Origin: Lytechinus pictus
Lineage: Eukaryota
Length of the DNA: 64,000 nucleotides
Reading direction: 5' to 3'
Assembly (NCBI RefSeq): GCF_037042905.1
Contig: NC_087252.1
Location: 11,162,001 to 11,226,000, forward strand
The translations under genes and the position numbers were made by a program. How positions within the stretch are numbered: the stretch's first letter is position 1; each line of letters begins with the position of its first letter. Shown here piece after piece: positions 40,001 to 52,200 of this stretch. The notes under the pieces are model-generated. The model was not told where the DNA came from. It did no database searches and saw only the letters and a list, made by a program, of their open reading frames with translations.

Positions 40001-42561
40001 CCTTGAATGGCAAACTATATTTGACAGTAAAAAAATACACCTCCTACTCTTCACTAATAAAGTATTAAGTAACTCGACCCCAGAATAATTGAAAGACAGA
40101 TTCGGTTTTAGATTTCTTCCATATTCCCTCCGAAATTTTAACACGCTTTCATTATCTAAACCAAATTCCAATTATTGTGAAAGAAAATTCGTCTACAGAG
40201 CTTCCTCACAATATAATAAATTACCCACTAATCTGTGTCAACTTCCCACTCTAACTAACTTTAAAAATCACCTTCATAAACTTAACACACTATATTTTTT
40301 TAAGTTGTACCTTTTCCTTATGTTAATATATATATGTATTTTTTCATTTATGTTTAACTTTGTTTTGTAACTTGTTGTATCATTATCAATGGATTATATT
40401 TCATTTTATGATTTGTCATATTAATTTTCTTACATTGCACTGGCCCCATGGAAGACCAGCAGTAACAATTATAGTGGCAGCTGAATATGGGCTACTAGCC
40501 GTAATTTTATGTGATTTGTATATACTGTACATCCTATTTGTAATATTGTGTGATAGTTTTAATCTTACGGAAATGAAAAACAACAACACGAATGTCAAAA
40601 ATAGCAGTGTCCAACATTCATAAATTTGTGCGACAAAATAACAATGAACTGACAAAGTGAACCCTCTACTGTTTGAGATTTATGTCACAATTGGCTATCC
40701 ATAGATAAACCCTACCTTTTATCAAAGCTGACTTCAGAATATGGGCCAATGTGTAAAGATACATGATTATAATTTTATTTCGTAGTTTACTTACTGTGTA
40801 TTCCTCTTGACTTCTGTCTCGCTTCTTCGAATTGCCCTGGTGAGATTAATAAAAATTTTAAATACATTTTAGGTTTTCACTGCCAATGAGATACAATGTA
40901 CGAGGCAGAAGAAACAAACATTATTCATCCGGTTTTTTACGTGTACTTACTACTGCAGTTTCCTATAACTTACGAAGGGGAGGCTCTATAAACTGGGCAA
41001 TTCCAACAATTTATAGTCTCTTAGCTGAATGCTTGAGCAAAAAAAAAAAACTTTCTTTTTTTTGTCAATGATAAAGCTAGTGTGGGTAGCGATGTGAAAA
41101 ACTGATAACCAACAAAAAATGTTTGAGTACGGGTGAATTAAAGGTGAAAGTGTTGTGTGTCGTACGGGACGCAGAAATGTCCCGTACGACACGCAACATG
41201 TTCACCCCTAATTCATCATATTTTTGTTGGTAGTCATTGTTTTACATGACTACCCAGCAGTACTTTAATATAACCACAAAACAAATTGAAGTTCCTCGTT
41301 TGTTTGGACAGAATGTTGAAAGGTGTTGTGAAAATGACTGATTTTTCTAGCATGGAATCGCCCATTTGGAAATTTAATTTTCCCGTATATTCTTCAAAAA
41401 TATCCTAAAAAACCAACAACCGAGTAGTACCAAGAGGGTAAAATTTATGCAAAAAGGCTTCCAATCAAATTTAATCAACAAATATCAATTTTAAACATAA
41501 ACTCAAGAATATTCTTGTATGTCAAAATTTTTCATCTATAATTTTGAGCTAACTTGGTATTACATTTCAATATTTTCCCCTTTTGGTTAAATAAATTACT
41601 GTTATTGATATAAGAATAATATTCATCTAAAAATAATATGAAATATGTTCGTTTTAAATATTTTTAATGATGTACTGATTAGATTGTAACATGAGCGTAC
41701 GTGAAGGGGCAGGGACAAAATGCCCCTTGACTGAATTTTGATGACCCCCTTTTAAGAATTGTTTTCTGGTTGTAAGGAGGTTCAGTTGTCTAACAACTTT
41801 CGGAATAACTATTTGTAAGCTCACTTTAACTCGGAAAGAGTCGTCATATATTTCAGGCCTATATACATTTATACCATTATTTTCTTAGGAGAAGTGATAT
41901 ATAGTTTAATTTATCAATTTATATATCCATCCATCCATCAAGCAAGTCATTCATTAATTTATTCTTTAATCCATCCATTTATTCATTCATTTGTTCGTCA
42001 ATTAATTCATATACGTAGGCAATCTAGTCTGCTGTGTGAACTCTTAACTCGAGTTAAGGGTCTGAATGTGCAGCCTATAATGCCTTGTGTACTGAAGGCC
42101 CTCTCGTCAGGTTTTGTATGTGCTAGTCTTTGCGTGGAGACCCACTCGTTGATCAAAGTTAATATCAGGATCTGTGCCTGCAGACTATAGACAATCAGCG
42201 AGACTTTCCAATATTCTTTTAATGCGGGGACAGATAACATGTGTACGTACATTTTCATCCTTACTCCTGCGGCAACACGAACTACCGAGTTTCCTACACA
42301 TTGCTGCCCAGTCTCGAATGGCGGGAAACACATTGAACGGTGGGGGCGTCGTATTCCCAGGTTGGAGGAAACTCACCCACATCTGTGCTCGAGCGTATTT
42401 CCATTCAGTATCCGAATTTTCCTGTTCAAAAAATGAACATTGGTCAGAAATAATCATGACACAGTACGAAGTGCCTAATTCATATCTAAAAATCGTTCTT
42501 TGACAGAAAACAGTTTTTGAGCAATATTGTGCACGGTTATAATCACATAAAATCTACTTCC

Positions 42562-42603
<42 letters not shown>

Positions 42604-45600
42604 TCTAGACCAACACCCACCCCCTGAAATGATCAGGGTAAATTAAAGCGTCATCTTTTCTCTTTACCGGTATATCCAATAGATCTTATCATACATGTAC
42701 ACGATTGTAACACCCAACTTTAATGAAATCGTTGGCAACTTCAACCCTAGATTTACATGTATTAAACTCGCCTCCCTTGATCTCCACTTTCTTTTGCTTT
42801 GGATAAAACAGAATCAGATTGTTCCACTTTTCATGTCTTACCTCGACTCTTGTATAGGTATTGCTCATCATAGCAATGAGAGCATTGAGCATGACGACCA
42901 CAGCAAACATGAGATAGAGACCGAAGAGGAACGTTCCCACAGCCTCGGTGAAGTAGTGATTGATGCCGCTTTCAAGCTGTATAATGCTGAGAGACTCCAA
43001 TCCGAACAGGGCCCAGAAGAGTGTTAACATTGACAATCCAACACTGAGTGGGGGAAAAATATTTGAAGCGTGGTAAAAGCTCCTTAGATTTTGCCTATCA
43101 AGGCAAAGATATTATGAAAACACCATATGCGCCTATTTTGTATTTTATTTCGTTTTTTAAGGAGATACACCTGAAACACAAGTTAAAATGAATCAGAAAC
43201 TACAGAAGAACATGTTATGAAAATTATTGTACATGATGACAATATCTTAATTTTTAATAATGCCATTTTGATATCAGTGATGTAATGAGCCAGAAATTTA
43301 AAAGGGACCGGAATTCTAAAAAGCTGTGAGCGAGCGAAGCCAGCAAATTTTTCTTTAGAACTTTCTAATACAAAGAAATTTTGTGATAGATTCTGACACA
43401 ATATTGATAACATCATATTTCACCCCTTTCAATTTTTCCCTTATTTCAGGGGCTTGAAATTTGGGGGTCTATGGCCCTAACCCCTCCCCCTTCTTTATGC
43501 CAGTGATTGCTATGTCAGGTATAGATGAAAAAATAAGAAAAAAGTGGACATGGTTCTTGAAGTTTAAATCTCAAACTTTGAGCAATGACAGAACTTTACT
43601 GTTGGATGGCTTACAGACATTTTGTGGACGTTTGAACTCCCAAATATACCCATTGCACTCACTTCCGAGAACCTAATAGACTAGTTCGTAGTTACTTCAT
43701 GCGCAGAATCTTCTGATCATGCGCAGAGTGGAACTACGAACTGGCTTATTGTTACCTGGCGAATGCACCGTAGTCGCATGCTGCGTCGGGGTCGGCACTG
43801 CACTGTTGGTAGGTGTACTCCTCGTAGGTCTGGTAGATCTGGTTGAGACCGAGAGCAAAGGCGAACCAGACGATGATGAAGACGAGGATGAACTTGACGA
43901 TGTCGAACAGCATACCGCCCAGCGAGATCTGAAGGGGCCCGACCAACTGCGAGGAAACCTGGTGGATGTATCGAATTAATAAATCATTATATATCGAAGT
44001 ACACTGGAAAACCGCTGATCTAAATTTAACACTAAGCAGGTAACATGAAGACAGAGGAGGGTTTCGCGGAATACCTTGTTTTCTTCGTGGGCATAATTAT
44101 GTTGATCCTGAAAGGACCACCTAAACCTCTTCTACTTCGCCATGGAAACCTTAAGAAGTTACGGGTGACATGGCCACGCCAACTTATTTACTGATCCAAA
44201 ACACCTCTATTTTTGTGCATTGATAAATTAGAAGCCCCAAGCTAACATTGAATTTACCCTAAATCGTCCCTACGACTTTCAACAATGAGTTGACGGAACC
44301 AGGTTTTAAGTCGAGCGACCGAGTTATTAAGTCGAGGGGACGAGTTACACTTCGAGGGAACGACTTATATAAGTCGAGGAAGCGAGTTTGTAAATAGTGG
44401 AAACTATCGGGTAAGGAAAAATACCTTAGAGTCTCTGTAATTGCACAATTGCAATGATATTTCATTTAAAAGGGGGAAAGTGTGTCGTACCGTTAAGCTT
44501 AGTAGCCGAAGGAAGGCAATGACCGTAGCTACAGCAAAGAAGGCATCAGCTAGAACGGATGGATGGTCAGGCGGCAATGACACTCTACCAGAATACACAG
44601 GTGTGGTAGTCATCATCGGGGGCACTTCTGTGGCTGCAGGGAAAAGACAAAATACATCGTAATTAAGCAGTCTTCTCCAAACAGAAAGAAAATGGTGTGA
44701 GTCGGTGTACATTGATGATCACTCCAGTCTTTTTTTCAGTGTCAAATTTACAGTGTTAGTTCAACATCCATAAGAGTTATACCAACATATCTGGATGTTT
44801 CTTGAACACTCTAGGTGTTATGTAGAAAATTCGAGGATGTCATTTTAACACTTCACAGTGTGTGGTCCTATAGAGACAGCAAATAATGTCAATTTCATCA
44901 CAGCGCAGTTATCACAGATGGCCATCACAATCTAACCGTGGTCATATACCCGCTGGAAAGAACACTGCGCCATACAGTTTAGTTTGTGGACAAAGTGTGA
45001 ATTCGTCAGACTTTTAACTTTAGCATTGTAGCAGTGTGGGCACAGTTTCCCGTTCTCCCACTCAGCCATACTGTTGAGGTGTCCACACTGTAAAATATTT
45101 TTCACACTGTTGAATTTGAGCGTTAAACCGTGTGATTCTCATCTTCCTATAGTCCACAATGTGGGCACATTGTACACATCACGCCACACTGTTAATTTCC
45201 AGCAGGTTACAGTACTGCAGTTTCGTCTCGATATATGAACTTCTGATAAAGTATTTTAACATTGTGAAAAGGTGTATTACTTTAAATAACATTTTATTTT
45301 CAGGCGACCAAATATTGTCTTAAAACAAACTATAATAATTTGTTTATATGGCAACGAACTTGTAGCGTGAATATTTGAAAGACTTGTGACGAAACATTAT
45401 TCAATCATTATAATGTGCATATCAAAGATCACTTTAAAAGAAACATTGCTTTCTTGATAAGGAATTCGGCGCAGAACATGGTTGAAGAAGATCAGGACGA
45501 TAGCTTATGTAATCAAAAGTGGGTGTAGCTTTTTTGCCTTTCTCTATATAAAAAGGAAAGTATGATTTATAGTTTTCTTTTTTCGGATACAGGATCCTAT

Positions 45601-46215
45601 GAAGGATCAATCAATCCAATGTTTTGTCTAACATTTTTACTCTAGTAATCGTATAATATTCTGCATTTGGAAATATAGCACCCGGGTATAGCACATCAAC
45701 TGAGTTTGAATCTACTCTATGCTTTCATTTACAAAAAATAACAAAACGCGAAAAGAGTTAGGATGTACTTACTAGTTTCATTACAAGTTTTTCTGACTAC
45801 GGACTGTATCAACTCAGTAAGATTAGCGTTCTGGTTGGCTTGAATCTCGAGGCTGGCGTTACGGACGACCTCATCGATGTAGTCCCGGAGCTCGGGCACG
45901 GTCTCGTTCTGCAGAAATTCCCTGAGCTGGTCGAGATCGATGTCACGACGGGCAATGCTATCAACGGCAGGTTCTCGAGTCTGAAGCAAGGGGAGTAACA
46001 CATTCAATTCGATTGCATTGAGTAGGGGAGAACTGGGGACATTCTTATAATTTGAATAATACTCAGCCAATCAGAAAAGTCGTAACATCTGAAAAGGTGT
46101 GTCAAGGCACAGCTCACGACAGACATATCAGCCATTACACAGCTCGACAGTAAGTAAAAAAATTGTCATTTTAAAAAACCCATTTTGATACTTTTTCGTT
46201 GTTTCTTGTAAGTAA

Positions 46216-46251
<36 letters not shown>

Positions 46252-49200
46252 CTTTTTAACTCTGTATATAGTATGCATATAAATCGTGTCAATGCCTGAA
46301 AATATATTAGAAGGTTTGATCGAAGTTCAGCTTAGATCTGGGGGACTATGTATATTGCAAATGTTGTTATTGCATTTTGTTGTAAAAAAGAAACCCTATC
46401 AAAATCAAGAATGCTACCAAGGAAAATTTGCAAATTGTCATGATTGTGACAGGAAAAATAATATACCACTACAGTTTTACAATATAAAGTACCATTTAAA
46501 GAACCATCGATTTTACCTAATTGTGTGAATATGAATCGCAGACGTTCTTTTACAGAATATCGAGGAAAACATTGCAATAATTTATTGATAGCAGGAAAAA
46601 TAAAAGTAAAGCACAGGTAACATAACTATAACAAGAAACAACGGTTACATGAACAAAACTGTCTAAGGAGTAATATTGCCAGGTGGAAGGAGAGTTACTG
46701 TAGAAGAAAGGGAAGATATTGGAGAATTTATAAACGCCCTGCATAAACAGAATCACAACAACCACGATTTATTTTTATTAATGCAATGCGATACGACATT
46801 GTGATCCATATAAATATGAATCAAATGACGCGACCTATACATAGTAATATGATAATTCGGGTAAGGTTATCAGGTGAATGACAAAACACACAAATGCATG
46901 TAACGCCATTTACATAAACATACAGAAAAGCTAAATTTACTGCAAAGTGACCACCCTTGAAAGATAAGTACCACTTACGTTTGGGCCCGAATTACTGAAT
47001 GAATTCGAGTGAAATTTCAACAATAGAATGAAACGTATATCACTTATATACAAAGAAGATTATTAACACGTGTATAATTTCAAGAATTTGACGTCACGGA
47101 CCGGTGAATGCTACATCAAACACATTTTTAGATTTCTGTCATTGCTTTTTTTTCTACTTTTTGTATATTCAAAGATATTCAAAGTGATACATATTTCTCA
47201 TTTTATTATTGAAGGTGCCTTTTAATACTTGCCATTTCATCCAATAACAAGTTGGCCCAACAGCCATTTAGTCTGTATACCATTTGGTCTAATTGGAATA
47301 AGTGTTAATTGTGCAAAATTAATGAAAATGATATAGATATTAGACCAACTGGTTATGAGACGAAATGGTCTTAGACGTAATAATGATTAGACGAAGTGAT
47401 GATTGGACCAAATGGTGGTTAGACGAAATGTTGATGGACGGAATGGCATTAGACTAAATGAAAGTAGACCATGTAGTGAGTGGACAAGTTGGCAGTAGAC
47501 GAATTGGCAATCTACCGTCCTTTGGTGACATTACAATTTTTGGTCGGATTGCTAATGAGAGGTTCTCCATCGCATTACCCATGTTTTATATGTCGACATT
47601 TAAATGCTCTCATTGACTTTATTCTTCGATTTTTTTTTCATACCGGCTAACTTGTCACAAGGGTGTCGTTCTTATGTACCCTTACCTGTAGATAAGCCAC
47701 TAGATACAATGTGAGGGCCGTCCAGAAGAGAAGGAGGATGCAGAATTCAAGAATGTTCTGACCATTCGTGATAAATGTCTTGATCCCTTGGCGATAGATT
47801 CCGATGACAGCCGCCCATGTCATTCCTGATTGGGAAATGAATGGTGATTACTTTGATTAATTTGAATTTTACTTGACTAAACACAGCAGAAATAAGGCCA
47901 CCCCTCTCCTCCCCCTCCGGGGAAAAAACAAACAAAAACAAAACAAATTCCCTTTTTATTACATATTTTAAAAAACTTCGTGAGATTAAAATTCAATTTT
48001 GAAACCCACAAGGTTCTCGTTATCGAACGCAGCGGGGACAGGGGCACTTGCCCCTTCCTCTAAGAAAAAAAAATCAAATTGTTTATTCCAGCGTTCCTTT
48101 TGACTTATTTATTTATTTTTTAGATTAACATGCGATCTTACTTACTAGATGCAAGCCAGAAGAGGAAAAATGGGGACTTATCCAAATTTTGAGTGAAAAT
48201 CTCAATCTATAAGAATTGCTATATATTTTTTAAACTACTTCTATCTTCTAGACCTATTTCCAATATTTGGACTCGAGACAGCAGAATAATTAAGGGCTTA
48301 CCAACTAGCCAGGCTAAAATAAGGAAGAGTAGCGGTACGGGTATCCGGGTCCATTGCTTTTGCGGATCTTCGGATGTGGTTCCGGAAGCCGAGGTTGCAA
48401 TGAGTAGAAATATGAGGAAGGTTAACCGGGATCCGACACTCATCAGAAACTTAACAAACCTGTAAAAAAAAATCCCAGAAGTAATCTTCAACTAAACCGA
48501 GCAAGCCTATTGTAAATAAACTGTTCTTTATCTGTAAGTAGAAATACATAGAAAGGTTGAAGACTTACGGTAGAAAGTGAAATCGCATAATTTAATCTTT
48601 TCTGTCTTGATGATATTGATGTAAAAAACATCATGTCGATATTTAACACTGACGATGGATTGGACGCTTCATTTAGAAATAGTATGAGATGAATTCGTAT
48701 GTATAATTATTAAGTAAACTCTGTATGCAGTAAACAGGTTCCCTGGCAGAAATAAAAAATAAGTTTGATTGAAATCATATTTTTGAATATTTAGTTTATT
48801 CTATGCATCATTCAGACCTTTGTGGCAAAGGGTACAATTTTATACGTATTCATTTATTTATGTATTTATTCATTTATTCATATATACATGTCCACAAATA
48901 ATTAAAGTACATTTCATAGCAAATCATTTCAATTGAAATGTACCAATAAGATGAATAAAGTAGAGGGGCCTACTGAAAAACCAAAGCTTGTAAGATGTAG
49001 ACCCTCCTGTCGACATTTTTAAAAGGGTAAATGCGATTAAAAACGATCAAAATAATCAGCAAAATTCTAAAAAGTTACATAGAAACAAACTCTATAACAC
49101 GAATGTATTTACACTATATACAAAATATATACATTATACATACTGACTTTACAATAATCAAAATAAGAATGCATCGTTTGAACTTACGGGGTGTCAACAA

Positions 49201-52200
49201 ATGTTATGACCTTCTTCGCTGGCATAAGGATGTAGACGATCGAGATGAACGGATAGCCAATCATTATCAGGAGACTAATCAGAAGCTGTTTCCATAGCGG
49301 CCAATCTCGTGTATAAGCCAATGAGCCAAAGAAACGTTTGATAAGGAGTTGCTGGCAGTGAGGATGTGCCACGAACTGTGAAGTAAGCGTGATGAAAATA
49401 TATAATCATGGATATAAATAGGGACAAAAGTTGAATTAATATGAAAAGGTGAACATCAAAGAATTGCGTATTGCAATTCTTTTAAATAGATTTAACTCGA
49501 AGCATCTCTCAAATACTGGTAAACGCCAACATAGTTTATATATTTTTATGAAATAATGTTGAAAAGGAGGAAAACGAAGGTCGGACTACCAAATACAAGA
49601 TTATGCCATGGAATTGCCCCTCGTAGAATCAATGCTAAAAAGAACGCAAGCCCCTTGCAATATGCAATCCTATGTTACACTGCAAAAATCATGGTGTTTA
49701 ACTGGTGTACATAGAGTACCACATCGTTTCAATCCGGTGTTAAAATTGTGGCGTCAGTTAAAAGCCATAGTTTTATTACTACACCTTTGGCTGTTACCTT
49801 TATAAGTTTGGTGTTGTGTTGAATCTGTAGGGTGTAATGTTTACACCCCGGGTACGGTCTCCAAGGGACACCAACTGGTTTTCGTTTTAACACCGCATTT
49901 TTACGGTGTACAATGTAAATAAAACATATACTACCTTTTTCTGGGTGTAAGATATTGCCATGAAGACCTTCTGTAGAGTGGCGCCATCCTCCGTAACTCC
50001 TGCTTTGATCTTATTCGGACCATGGGTCATGATCTTGTTGAGCTGGAAATAGACAGAAATTGTGACTAGTTATTTCTTATTCGAGTTCTCAGTCCTCGTC
50101 TTAATTCTTCTCTCCCCCGTCCGTTAATCATGACCCCGTCTTACAAAGAGAGTTGTGATCGAACCGATCAACATCAGCTATATCAATTTCATAATTTGTT
50201 ATACTGAGAATTAACACAACTTCTCTTAGGAAACAAAGGTGAACACACTGAAATGCCAAGACAAAATGTGCACGAATGAATATACATCATACCTAGAAAA
50301 TATTTTGAACAGACATGCATTTTAGATGCTGACGTTGTTGGCTTTCCATAATTGTCATTTGATCAGATCAATCGCGACTCATTGTAAAGCCCTGGGTCCC
50401 GTCTTACAATGAGTTCGGATTGATCCAATCAACCAAAAGTATATGGAAATCCATCAACGTCATACATTTTTTCTTCAGGAAATTTGCACAATGTCCTTTG
50501 TGAACAAAATGAAGCACACTGAATTCTCAAGAAAACTATAAATGTATGAATATACATTATCTAGAAAACATTTTTGAACAAACATATGTTTTAGATGTTG
50601 ACATAGCTGGCGTTCCGTAGTTGTGGTTGATCAGATCAATCGTAACTCTTTGTAAGACGGGACCGATCTCCATCCCTTCCTCACATTTCATTTTCTGCTT
50701 CATCCTCTTCTACTGCAGAGTATTTTTTTCTCTTCCTCCTTCTTGTATTACTCCTATTCAGTTTTTGTTTTTCTTCTCTCTTCTTTTCCTTCTTCATTTC
50801 CATCCCGACAACCAAACGATTTTCTTCAACTAATCTCCTATTTTTATTTCATCGTCGTCTTTTTCTGTCTGTTATTACATCTGTTAATCTTTTTACATCT
50901 TCTTCATGTTCCTGTTATTTCTTATACTATTTCTCCTACTCTTCCTTCTCTCCAGGGTCCCGTAACACAAACGTTAACGATTAAACCGTTCACTTGGTTT
51001 TCGCGATTGAATGTACATTGCAGTCAATCAATCGTGAAAAAAGTTATACGATCATTGCTAAGCTTTGTGTTAAGGGCCCCTGGTCTTTTACAATCCCCCG
51101 CCCCAACATATCACTTGGAGCCGCCCCCTTAGCATGAAAAGTAGCTATATAATGTGTAACTCGATTATGGTTCCATAACCATAAAAACATTTGCTCCGGC
51201 GACAATTGCTCCGCTCTAAATTTCACACACTAATCGAATGTCCAACTTCAACCCTGGGTTTAACACGTACTATACCCTACCCTAAACATAACATAAACCC
51301 TATTGCAACCCTAACCCTACATCTTAGACGAAATTAAGCCCGGATCAATTGTCCAGGAACAAATATCGCGTCACCCTAAAAGTTATCCAGCTTCTACTTA
51401 TTATACAGAAGTTCTACGCACCTCCTTGGAGTCTCTGGCCTGGCCAAGAAGGTCGGCAGCGTACTCTTCTATGGTATCAGCAAGCTCCAGATACTCGGCT
51501 CTGAACTCGTACTCGAGACCACTCATTTGACGTAGACGGTGACACAGAAGGAAAGCATCACCTTAGATAAATGATAAGAGAGGAGAGAATGTAAAGATAG
51601 CGAGGAGAAAAAGGGGAACGACAAGAACAGTAACAAGGGTGGGAAGAATAAGAGCAGCAACGGCTTCAGATGTTAATCGACTGGATTTGTTTACCGAGCT
51701 TACAAGAAGTTAATCAAGGTTTGATTTAGGTACGTGAGAATGATGATGATGGTGATGATGATGATCATAATGATGACGATTTAATTGTTGTTGATTATTA
51801 TGATGATGATGATGATAATGAATTACCGTTCAAAATGGTATGAATGCGCATCAAAGTTCATATTTTTCAATTAATTTTCAATTCAATTTTATTTCAATCA
51901 TAAAATCATAAAATAAATACATGTACAAAGTAACATGCAACAATCGAGATTTAATCTAATGAATGAAATTGGAGACTAATATGAAAGTAAAAAAAACTTG
52001 TAAGTCATAGTCCCCCAAAACAGGCAAAAGAAACACATGTTACGATATAATACAAACACACACACACCATGACACGCATGATACATAGGTACTTAAAATA
52101 GAGTTACAAGGAATAGGAAGAGACGAGCTGTCTCTTCAATAAGACCTTAAAAGATGACAATGTAGTGCATGACATAAAAGTATTAGGTAAATTGTTCAAA

